Source of the DNA: Acidobacteriota bacterium
GTDB taxonomy: Bacteria; Acidobacteriota; UBA6911
Assembly (NCBI GenBank): GCA_963664705.1
Contig: OY761556.1
Location: 3,680,001-3,744,000 of the forward strand
DNA length: 64,000 nt
Direction of reading: 5' to 3'
The translations under genes were made by a program, and so were the position numbers. Each line of letters opens with the position of its first letter. Position 1 is the first letter of the stretch. Positions 30,244 to 38,700 of the stretch are shown piece by piece. The notes below the pieces were generated by a model. The model did not search any database, had not been told where the DNA came from, and saw only the letters and a list, made by a program, of their open reading frames with translations.

Positions 30244-33200
30244 TTATTGCCCAGGTATTGCGGACAGTACCGACAGGCTGTTCGTGCCGAATAGGGCGAA
30301 CGAAGCAACCGGCTTGTCGGCAATCACGCGGATGTATCCGGATGTTCCATTCTGTCCTGCCATGGATGGGAAAAGTTCGGTTACAAGCCGAGCTATTCTG
30401 TTCATCCCGGGCAGTGTCTGGGTGGTCTGAGCCATCACCTGGCCGTTCTCGGAAACGAACTGAATAACCACATTGGCATTGGCAAGGCTGGGGTTCAATA
30501 CCGCAACACCGGTGAAGTACATGTCGTTGGAAGCCACCTGGCTGTAGGTGATGGAATTCCTTAAACTGTAGACCAGTGGCAGTGACGAAGCGAAGGATTG
30601 ACCATTCATGTTTCCGAAGACTGTGGACCCAGCCAACCGGATTCCATCGCTCTCGATTCGAACATATCCGGCGGTAGTCGTTTCCAAATCCAGGGCCGCG
30701 AAGAATGAGGGATCATCAATCCAGATTTTGCCTTGGGCTCCAATCACAACCTCTTTACTGGAACCGATCTGGACCCCATCTCCCCCGTACAGCTGAAGAG
30801 TAACCAGCCCCGGTCGGGAATCCAGGTTGATAATCGACAGACTTGTTTTATAGGAACCACCCATGGCGTACTGGGGTGAATAGAGAACTGTTCCACCTGC
30901 ACTTCGATCCTGTCCGCTCAATGAAGCGATGTCACCAACATCGGGCGTCATCAATTCGAAGGATTGCAGTCCTTTCGGGGAGCGAATGAGCACATAGTCG
31001 CTCGGATCCGGCTGATATCCCGTGAACAAATCGCCAAACAGATCGACCACGATAGCGCCATTCCCATTGACGGGGCGGGATTGGGAACTTCTCACGCTTC
31101 CATCCGCCTTCATGAGGTCGATTGTGACGATTCCGCTGCCAGGCTCGGTATTGGCAAGGTTGATTTTTGTCGACCCTGCCGGCACGATTTCGCTCAGGAT
31201 CACATCCCGGAATGGAGCATACCCGAAGCTTGCCCCATCCATTTCGCTGTTGTCCTCATCAAACCCGAGGTAGAAACCCACCACATCGGAACTGTCACTC
31301 TCCACCCTGATCCAGCCGTTCGCGGTGACATTGGCAAAGCCTTTCCCAAAAATATCCAGATCCATAATAGCGATCCTGGCAACTGGACCAATCGGAGAAG
31401 TCGCGGGGTTCACAATATCGGGGCCCGTGATCAGTTCCCCATTACTATCGACGGCTGTAAAGGTGAGGTCTGATTGTGTGCTGCTCATATTGGCAAGCGC
31501 GAGACCAAACATTGTCTGATTCCCTGCAGCGCTTCTCACCTCGTTGGAGTTGGCAGAGGTGAAAAGAGGCAGCGCCACCAGGAGCTTTCCGCGACTGTTT
31601 GTTGTGAATGTCGATTCTGGTGTAACCCCCTGGTTCCCGTCCGGATCGGCGGATTTGATTCTAAAGTTGTACTGAGTCGACTTCTGCAGATCATTGATCG
31701 TCAGCGAGTGCGTCGTCGCCATATCATTAATTACCGAGAGCCCGACCGGCTGGTTGGCCCGCCAGAATTCCACTCGGGAATTAGCAACAACATCCGTCGT
31801 CCAATTAATGGTGACACTACGGTTTGTGATACCGGTTATCGTGACATCGCTAATAACTGGGGGAACCCCGCTCTTGGCAGTCTGAAAAGTGTAGTCCACA
31901 GAGGTCGAAGGATTGCCCGCCGCGTCCGCAGACTTGATGCGGTAATGATAGGTAGTATTCGCCGCCAAACCTGCCAAGGTCTGGAAGTGCGACGCCACAA
32001 GTATGCTATTCAGGTTCGTTGTATTGCCATAGGTTGCACTGGCGCCGTATTCCACCTGCGTGTCCGCGGCCTCATTCGTCGTCCATGTGATAGCAGCGCC
32101 TGAACCTGTGATATTGATTGCGGCTACGTTGCTGATAACGGGGCCCGTTGTATCTTTCCCCATGGACGTGGTGAACGTATAATCACTGGAAATAGCCGGA
32201 TTGCCGGCCGCATCGCTCGATTTTACGCGATAGTGATACTGCGTATTCGCTGTCAACCCACTCAAGCCTTGCGAGTGCGTTGTCGACAGCGTGGCATCCA
32301 ACATCGTGCTGCTGCCATAGCTCGCGCTCGTTCCATATTCCACCTGCGAATTGGCCGCTTCATTGGTGGTCCATGTAATGGTCGCACTCGAACTGGCAAT
32401 GCTTGTAGCCGTCACCGCGGTGATGACCGGCGCTGTTTTATCCTGAGTGGCGGAGGTGGTGAAGGTATAATCCCCCGATGTTGCAGGATTGCCGGCCGCA
32501 TCGCTGGATTTCACGCGATAGTGATACAGCGTGTTGGCGGTCAAGCCGCTCAGGCTTTGGGAGTGGGAGGTTGCAAGCGTCGCATTCAGCGTAGTGCTGC
32601 TGCCATAGCTCGTGCTTGTCCCGTACTCCACCTGTGTATTGGCCGCTTCGTTGGTAGTCCAGGTTATGGTTGCCCCTGAACTTGTGACGCTCGATGAGCT
32701 CACACTGCTGATCGTTGGAGCAGTTGTGTCCGGCGAGGCAGATGTCGTAAATGTGTAATCGCCCGACGTTGCCGGATTGCCGGCCGCATCGCTGGACTTC
32801 ACGCGATAGTGATACAGCGTGTTGGCGGTCAAGCCGCTCAGGCTTTGGGAGTGGGAGGTTGCAAGCGTCGCATTCAGCGTGGTGCTGCTGCCATAGCTCG
32901 TGCTTGTTCCATACTCCACCTGTGTGTTGGCCGCTTCGTTGGTGGTCCAGGTTATGGTTGCCCCTGAACTTGTGACGCTCGATGAGCTCACACTGCTGAT
33001 CGTTGGAGCGGTTGTATCCGGCGTGGCAGACGTAGTGAATGTATAGTCACTGGATGTTCTCCCGTTACCGGAACCGTCACTGGATTTCACCCTGTAATGA
33101 TATAGGGTACCGGCAGTCAGGCCGCTCAGACCTTGGGAATGCGAAGTTACAAGCGAGGCATTCAGCGTGGTGCTGCTGCCATAGCTCGTGCTTGTTCCAT

Positions 33201-34656
33201 ACTCCACCTGCGTGTTGGCCGCTTCATTGGTGGTCCAGGTTATGGTTGCCCCTGAACTTGTGATGCTCGAAGAACTCACGTTGCTGATTGTCGGGGCGGT
33301 GGTATCCGGTGTGGTGGTGGTAGTAAAGGTATAGTCACCGGATGTTGCCGGGTTGCTCGACGCATCGCTGGATTTCACGCGATAGTGATACAACGTGCCG
33401 GCAGCCAGACCGCTCAGGCTTTGGGAATGCGAGGTCACCAGCGTGGCAATCAGGGTCGTGCTGCTGCCATAGCTCGCGCTCGTTCCATACTCTATCTGTG
33501 TTGTGGCTCCTTCATTAGTGGTCCAGGTAATGGTTGCACCCGTGCTGCTGATGCCGGAAGAAGTCACATTGCTGATCGTTGGAGGCGTGACATCCGCAGC
33601 CGCCGAGGTTGTAAAGGTGCAATCCCCGGAAGTTGCCGGATTGCCGGCGGCATCGCTGGATTTCACGCGATAGTGATACACCGTGCCGGCGGCCAGGCCG
33701 CTCAGGCTTTGGGAATGCGAGGTTACCAGCGTGGCATTCAGTGTTGTGCTGCTGCCATAGCTCGCGCTTGTTCCGTATTCCACCTGTGTGGTGGATCCTT
33801 CATTGGTGGACCAGGTAATGGTTGCACCTGTGCTGCTGATGCCGGCAGAGGTCACATTGGTGATCGTTGGAGGCGTGGTATCCGCAGCCGCCGAGGTTGT
33901 AAAGGTGTAATCACCGGAAGTTGCCGGATTGCCGGCGGCATCACTGGACTTGACGCGATAGTGATACAACGTGCCGGCCGTCAGACCGGTCAGACTCTGG
34001 GAATGCGAGGTTACCAGCGAAGAATTCAGGGTAATGGTGCCGTAACCGGTAGTGGTCCCGTATTCCACCTGCGTGGTAGCCGCTTCGTTGGTGGTCCAGG
34101 TAATCGTCGCCCCTGCGCTGGTGATGCTCGAGGAAGTCACACTGCTGATGGTTGGAGGTGTTGTGTCAGCCGTGGCCTGAACGGTAACGCTGCCGTTAGT
34201 TGAGGTTGTTGTAACAGCCGTGGCATTGGACGCGGACGCTACGACACCGGAGATTGTGACCGGAGTGGTGCCAGCCGAGGCGCTTCCCGAAATTGTGAGC
34301 TGAATATTGGCAACGGTTCCGGACCCGATTGAATTTGTGTTCAGCCCGAAGACAAGGATGCGCACGCCTCCCGTGATCGCATTGCCTTGAGCCTCTTTGT
34401 TTGCAGCGGTTGCAGCCGCTCCTGAAGAGGTACCCGAATAAGTCACGGAGGCGGAGAATGCCAGGTCGAATTGGAGCGTGCTTACGCTGGTGGTGCCAGC
34501 GGTGAACGCAACCGGCAGGGTAACGGTAGCGCCCGGTAGTCCCGAGGCAGTCCCGACTGTCACGGCAGCTGTTTGTGCCATCGCGCCTGTGCTGCAAAAT
34601 GTCAGCATTATCATTAACAGCGCGAAAAATGCGGAATAGTTGTATTTCCTATCCAT
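30244..34656 (-). CDS. Large secreted protein: signal peptide, cohesin-like domain, nine FN3-like repeats, four-repeat C-terminal region
   Basis: PGATVTLPV...LQFDLAF...GTVANIQLTI...NGSVTV (cohesin-like); DTTxPxIxxV...WTTNE...YHYRVKSSD repeats; start re-set to MDRKY. Confidence 0.85.
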   Translation of the reverse strand: MDRKYNYSAFFALLMIMLTFCSTGAMAQTAAVTVGTASGLPGATVTLPVAFTAGTTSVSTLQFDLAFSASVTYSGTSSGAAATAANKEAQGNAITGGVRILVFGLNTNSIGSGTVANIQLTISGSASAGTTPVTISGVVASASNATAVTTTSTNGSVTVQATADTTPPTISSVTSSSITSAGATITWTTNEAATTQVEYGTTTGYGTITLNSSLVTSHSQSLTGLTAGTLYHYRVKSSDAAGNPATSGDYTFTTSAAADTTPPTITNVTSAGISSTGATITWSTNEGSTTQVEYGTSASYGSSTTLNATLVTSHSQSLSGLAAGTVYHYRVKSSDAAGNPATSGDCTFTTSAAADVTPPTISNVTSSGISSTGATITWTTNEGATTQIEYGTSASYGSSTTLIATLVTSHSQSLSGLAAGTLYHYRVKSSDASSNPATSGDYTFTTTTTPDTTAPTISNVSSSSITSSGATITWTTNEAANTQVEYGTSTSYGSSTTLNASLVTSHSQGLSGLTAGTLYHYRVKSSDGSGNGRTSSDYTFTTSATPDTTAPTISSVSSSSVTSSGATITWTTNEAANTQVEYGTSTSYGSSTTLNATLATSHSQSLSGLTANTLYHYRVKSSDAAGNPATSGDYTFTTSASPDTTAPTISSVSSSSVTSSGATITWTTNEAANTQVEYGTSTSYGSSTTLNATLATSHSQSLSGLTANTLYHYRVKSSDAAGNPATSGDYTFTTSATQDKTAPVITAVTATSIASSSATITWTTNEAANSQVEYGTSASYGSSTMLDATLSTTHSQGLSGLTANTQYHYRVKSSDAAGNPAISSDYTFTTSMGKDTTGPVISNVAAINITGSGAAITWTTNEAADTQVEYGASATYGNTTNLNSILVASHFQTLAGLAANTTYHYRIKSADAAGNPSTSVDYTFQTAKSGVPPVISDVTITGITNRSVTINWTTDVVANSRVEFWRANQPVGLSVINDMATTHSLTINDLQKSTQYNFRIKSADPDGNQGVTPESTFTTNSRGKLLVALPLFTSANSNEVRSAAGNQTMFGLALANMSSTQSDLTFTAVDSNGELITGPDIVNPATSPIGPVARIAIMDLDIFGKGFANVTANGWIRVESDSSDVVGFYLGFDEDNSEMDGASFGYAPFRDVILSEIVPAGSTKINLANTEPGSGIVTIDLMKADGSVRSSQSRPVNGNGAIVVDLFGDLFTGYQPDPSDYVLIRSPKGLQSFELMTPDVGDIASLSGQDRSAGGTVLYSPQYAMGGSYKTSLSIINLDSRPGLVTLQLYGGDGVQIGSSKEVVIGAQGKIWIDDPSFFAALDLETTTAGYVRIESDGIRLAGSTVFGNMNGQSFASSLPLVYSLRNSITYSQVASNDMYFTGVAVLNPSLANANVVIQFVSENGQVMAQTTQTLPGMNRIARLVTELFPSMAGQNGTSGYIRVIADKPVASFALFGTNSLSVLSAIPGQ
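31600..34170 (-). repeat. Intragenic tandem array, 288-bp (96-aa) period, 9 units
   Basis: GCCGGCCGCATCGCT recurs at 32491 and 32779; central units nearly identical; boundaries approximate. Confidence 0.9.
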
Positions 34657-34721
34657 ATCCGACCTTTTCACAGAGTGGTTTTTTCCAGGAAGAGCAGTAA
34701 GAGAGCGTTGATTGCGGGAGC

Positions 34722-35222
34722 TCATTGGCAGCTCCCCTGAGTCAAAATGGCGTTGTTGAGCAGCTGAAGATCGAGAACATTGATGGAACCGTCGCCGTTG
34801 AGGTCATAGATACCGCTGCCGGCTGATAGGATGACGTTAACGAGCAATTGAAGATCGAGCGCGTTTGTCAAGGAGTCCGCATTGAGGTCACATTTATTTG
34901 TAGGGGCACCAATGACTTGGGAAATTTCGTTGGAAAAATCACTCTCGTTCCCGATTGCGTCAAAGGCGGTGACCGCAAAGTAATAGGTCCCATTAGGAAG
35001 CCCGGAAACGGTGTAATTGGTTTGGTTTCCGATAGTGATTGGAGCGCCGTACGTGTGCGAACTATTACCGTAATAAACCTTGTATCCGGTGATGCCTGAG
35101 GAAGAGCTTGCATCCCATTCCAGTGCTACATCCGTGGCCAAAGCCGTGGCAGAACAGCAGAAAAGAAGCAGCAGAATCGGCAGCGTATGAAGGAAGCCAT
35201 CAAGGAAACGCCTGTTTTTCAT
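34722..35222 (-). CDS. Secreted FN3 + dockerin protein
   Basis: Signal peptide; FN3 (LEWD..GYKVYYG..YYFAVTAFD..ESDFSNE); duplicated Ca-loop/helix DLNADSLTNALDLQLL / DLNGDGSINVLDLQLL. Confidence 0.88.
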   Translation of the reverse strand: MKNRRFLDGFLHTLPILLLLFCCSATALATDVALEWDASSSSGITGYKVYYGNSSHTYGAPITIGNQTNYTVSGLPNGTYYFAVTAFDAIGNESDFSNEISQVIGAPTNKCDLNADSLTNALDLQLLVNVILSAGSGIYDLNGDGSINVLDLQLLNNAILTQGSCQ

Positions 35223-35364
35223 ATTCCCTCTTCAATATTTATGGAGCAGAGGGAATATCGACGATTCCTTGAAACTAGGTGGTGACGGTCGTCACCAAAC
35301 ACCTCAAATACTCATTCGTTAGGACTCGGAAGGTTCGTTGCCGGAAGCACGAGCGCTCCAGCCA

Positions 35365-35393
35365 TTGACATAGTAGCTACAGGTAGCTACTAT
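35365..35393 (+). promoter_or_regulatory. TA promoter with overlapping inverted-repeat operator
   Basis: TTGACA-17-TACTAT; ATAGTAGCTAC-AG-GTAGCTACTAT (35370-35393) perfect 11-bp inverted repeat. Confidence 0.85.
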
Positions 35394-35399
35394 TATTCC

Positions 35400-35711
35400 A
35401 TGAAAAAACCTCTTAAAACCGTCGGCGTCAAGGAGCTTAAAAACAACCTCAGCTCTTATCTCCGTGAGGTCCGCGGCGGTGCCAGCGTTCTTGTCACTGA
35501 TCGCAACAATATTGTCGCAGAATTGCACGAACCCTATACCCGGCCTGACATTGCCGGCTCTGTTCATCCGCTGCTGCTGTCGTGGGCGGAATCGGGATCC
35601 ATAAGGCTCCCATTGGCAGGCAAGGAGCCTCTTGCTCTTCCCGGCCTTCGGAATCCGGTTGGGACTGTGAAGTCAATATTGGAAAATGACCGAAAGGAAT
35701 CCGGCGATTGA
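35400..35711 (+). CDS. Phd/YefM-family antitoxin
   Basis: TVGVKELKNNLSSYLREVRGG..VLVTDR. Confidence 0.9.
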   Translation: MKKPLKTVGVKELKNNLSSYLREVRGGASVLVTDRNNIVAELHEPYTRPDIAGSVHPLLLSWAESGSIRLPLAGKEPLALPGLRNPVGTVKSILENDRKESGD

Positions 35712-36145
35712 GAACCATTTATTTTGAAACTTCGGCACTCCTGGCATGGCTGCTGGGCGAACCTGCGGCCGGAGAAGTGAAGTCGCACATTGACAACGCT
35801 CAATCGGTAGCAACATCCTGCTTAACGCTTCTCGAGGCGGAAAGAGCTTTGATTAGAGGAGAGATTCAAGGTGTGTTGACTGCCAGCGACGCCGAAAAAT
35901 TGCGTGGACTCCTGGCAAGGGCGCAATCGGGGTGGGTACTGATGGAGATTTGCGAAGAAGTGCGGATGCGGGCAAGCCGATTCTTCCCCTCAGAACCCAT
36001 ACGAACACTGGATGCCATTCACCTGGCAACAGCACTGGTGTTCACCCGGGTATTCCCCGCGCTGGAGATTCTCAGCTACGACAGGCGCATCGCAAAGAAC
36101 GCGGCAGCCCTCGGCATTCCAACAACAATCAAGCTTCCCGCGTAA
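35708..36145 (+). CDS. vapC: VapC-family PIN-domain toxin
   Basis: YFETSAL, LLEAERAL, RTLDAIHLATA, SYDRR; 4-nt overlap with antitoxin. Confidence 0.9.
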   Translation: MRTIYFETSALLAWLLGEPAAGEVKSHIDNAQSVATSCLTLLEAERALIRGEIQGVLTASDAEKLRGLLARAQSGWVLMEICEEVRMRASRFFPSEPIRTLDAIHLATALVFTRVFPALEILSYDRRIAKNAAALGIPTTIKLPA

Positions 36146-36237
36146 TCGGCAGCTCAAAGAACACTGCCTTCGCAACGTAACAATTAGTCACAGAATTTTA
36201 ACAATTGCCAACCAGGATTGTGTGCTAGAATGCAGTT

Positions 36238-36330
36238 GTTCGAAGGGGCAGACGAGAGGAATCCGGCTAGGGAAAAAACGGTGAGGGAAATTCCCTAGCA
36301 GGATTGTTGCGTCTGCCCTGATTTGTTTTT
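36238..36330 (+). ncRNA. Candidate small RNA (long interrupted hairpin)
   Basis: Extended -10 TG-C-TAGAAT (36223-36231), three stacked helices 36245-36319, then T-rich tail; no credible ORF. Confidence 0.35.
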
Positions 36331-36422
36331 ACCGACTATTTCCAACCGCCGAAGTAATTTTCCTGCAGACTTCAGACCAATCCGATCTCACTGCCTACTA
36401 GCTACTGCCTACTGCCTCTCAA

Positions 36423-37802
36423 CTAACTTCCCTTTTTTACCAATACGGTTTTTACCGTTTCCATCAGGATAAGGCCATCCAGAACCCACGACATATTCTT
36501 AATGTAGAATAAATCGTACTGGAGCTTTTCAACCGTGTGATCCAGCGTGTTTGCGTAGCCATAGTTTATCTGGGCCCAACCGGTAACTCCGGGCTTGACA
36601 ACATGGCGCAGTGGATAAAACGGGATGGACTCCGATAATTGCTGTACGAAGTGAGGCCGCTCCGGTCGTGGCCCGACCAGACTCATATCGCCGCGCAGAA
36701 CATTCCAGAGCTGTGGCAACTCGTCAAGACGCGTCGCCCTCATGATTCGGCCGACACGGGTGACCCGTGGGTCGTTTTCGGTGCTCCAGACAGGCCCCGT
36801 TTGAGTCTCAGCATCCTGACGCATGGACCGAAACTTGATCAGAGTGAAATTCTTCCCATCCTGACCTACTCTTTCCTGTTTATAGAAGACCGGTCCTTTC
36901 GAATCCAGTTTGACCATGATCATGAGCAACAGGATGACCGGCCAAAGCAACAGGAGCCCTATGGCCGAGATGAGCACGGAAAGAATCCGTTTTTCGGTCA
37001 ACATCCGTCTGGAAACACTGAATCCGCTGTTGAATACCATCCAGCTTGGCTTCAGATTCTCAATTGGGATCTTTCCAGCCACGCGTTCATAAAAGGTAGT
37101 AGCCTCCTCGACAGCAACGCCTCGCGTTTTGAAATCGAGGAGTTCTTTGATGGGAAGCTTCCCTCTCCGATCCTGCAATCCCACCACAATTCGGTCGACC
37201 TTGTGCTTGGCAACCAAATCCGAGAGATCTTCATAAAGACCGATCACCTTCGGGTTGACGATGGATACTCCAACCAGTTCGGGACTATCGCCAACAAACC
37301 CGACAACCTTGATTCCCAGATCCGGGTGTTTCAGGATTTCCCGAACCGCCTCACGCGCCAGGTTCCCGGTCCCCAACACCAACAGGTTTGTCCGGGGCGT
37401 TCTGATCCCGAGGTAAAGCCGGAGGATCGTATGCCAGATGAGCAGAAAGACTGTGCTCAGCAGAAGGCTGATGCCGAAGACTCCCCGGCCAAGCATGGCA
37501 TCGGGAGCCGCAAAGTTCAGCACACTGAGCGCAAGAGTAGCCATTAAAAGAGCCTGGCATATGCGGATGACGTATTCTTTAGAGGCACGCGCCTGACGGA
37601 ACTCGTAAATATCGTTTAAGTGCAGGAAAAGTTGAAAGATGGCAGCAACCAGAAGCGCCTGAAGCATGAAATGCTTAGGGGCGCCGGGCATAAATGGCGA
37701 GCTGCCGATGCGGACATAGTACGCCCCGAAAACACACCACATGATCAGCAGCGTTTCGGCAAACACCGCCCCAAGTTTCCGCAATGCCAGATATCGCCAC
37801 AT
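36423..37802 (-). CDS. Priming sugar transferase, PEP-CTERM/XrtA-system type (TIGR03013-like)
   Basis: N-terminal TMs, CoA-binding-like domain, [40 protein letters not shown]. Confidence 0.92.
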   Translation of the reverse strand: MWRYLALRKLGAVFAETLLIMWCVFGAYYVRIGSSPFMPGAPKHFMLQALLVAAIFQLFLHLNDIYEFRQARASKEYVIRICQALLMATLALSVLNFAAPDAMLGRGVFGISLLLSTVFLLIWHTILRLYLGIRTPRTNLLVLGTGNLAREAVREILKHPDLGIKVVGFVGDSPELVGVSIVNPKVIGLYEDLSDLVAKHKVDRIVVGLQDRRGKLPIKELLDFKTRGVAVEEATTFYERVAGKIPIENLKPSWMVFNSGFSVSRRMLTEKRILSVLISAIGLLLLWPVILLLMIMVKLDSKGPVFYKQERVGQDGKNFTLIKFRSMRQDAETQTGPVWSTENDPRVTRVGRIMRATRLDELPQLWNVLRGDMSLVGPRPERPHFVQQLSESIPFYPLRHVVKPGVTGWAQINYGYANTLDHTVEKLQYDLFYIKNMSWVLDGLILMETVKTVLVKKGS

Positions 37803-38056
37803 AGAATTCGCTATCGACCCTGAATAAACGTACGGCTACTCTATCGACAAAACGAGCGCGAATCTGTTGAGAAATTGTTGCGCCCGGCCATGTTTGCCGG
37901 ACCCTTGTGCACTGCTGCCATCAGGAGGCTCGGCCAATAGTTTTTCAAGACTGTGGATGAGGGAGTGTCTATTCTAGGTAGTTATTACAAACCATGTCAA
38001 TAAGAACATGGAAGTTTCTTTTGCCCTAAACCGTCGCAAGCGGTACCATTGGCGCC

Positions 38057-38632
38057 GTGAGTTTGCGATCAGGAATTGCCCAGTCTGTTTACGACTATCT
38101 GGATGTAGGGAAATCCCCAAGGCCGGCTGACTGCATCTTTGTCCTGGCAGGCAAGCAGGAGAGAAAGACTTACGGAATCAAGATGTGGCGCTTCGGGTAT
38201 GCCCCCCAGCTGGTATTGAGCATCGGCAGGTTTGAGTGGCGGAAATATGGCGAACTGGGGCTTGAATCGGATGGAGGGCTTGACGACCAGAAAGAAAGAA
38301 TCCCACCGAAAAAGCGGCATTTTTTTGTGCGATTGGATCGACAGGACACGGTCTGCACCCCGATTCGGAAAGGATTTTTCGGTACCCGGACGGAGGCCCG
38401 GGAATTTGCCCGATATAGCCGCGATTTGTCGATACGATCGCTGCTGATAGTCTCCTCGCCGGTACACCTGCGAAGAGTGGCCCTCGTCTTCCGACGTGCC
38501 TTTCGCAAAAGCGGGATTCAGCTCACATTCGTTGCCATGCCGGAGAAACCCGATTTCAATTCCTCCCCCGCCCGCTCCGAAACCTGGTCTGAGATTAGAA
38601 AATATCTCCTGTACCGCTGGCTCGCCTTTTAG
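38057..38632 (+). CDS. YdcF/DUF218-like protein
   Basis: PADCIFVLAG..ER, TRTEA, VSSPVHLRR. Confidence 0.75.
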   Translation: MSLRSGIAQSVYDYLDVGKSPRPADCIFVLAGKQERKTYGIKMWRFGYAPQLVLSIGRFEWRKYGELGLESDGGLDDQKERIPPKKRHFFVRLDRQDTVCTPIRKGFFGTRTEAREFARYSRDLSIRSLLIVSSPVHLRRVALVFRRAFRKSGIQLTFVAMPEKPDFNSSPARSETWSEIRKYLLYRWLAF

Positions 38633-38687
38633 CCACGAATTCCATATTCCTTTTATTCCTTTTGTGTAATTCGTGCAATTAGTGGCA
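38632..38687. repeat. Degenerate copy of the 19667 palindromic element
   Basis: CCACGAATT...CTTTTGTGTAATTCGTGCAATTAGTGGCAG. Confidence 0.65.
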
Positions 38688-38700
38688 GAATCTTTTTCAA

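Noticed and set aside
30244-35222. True cellulosome
   Set aside because: Single cohesin only and no dockerin-bearing glycoside hydrolase in the window
35281-35296. Palindrome GGTGACG-GT-CGTCACC upstream of the dockerin gene
   Set aside because: Could be an operator, but it is a single 7-bp inverted repeat with no assignable regulator
27088-36145. Integrative element or prophage at tRNA-Gly
   Set aside because: No integrase or phage genes and no tRNA 3'-end duplication noticed by eye
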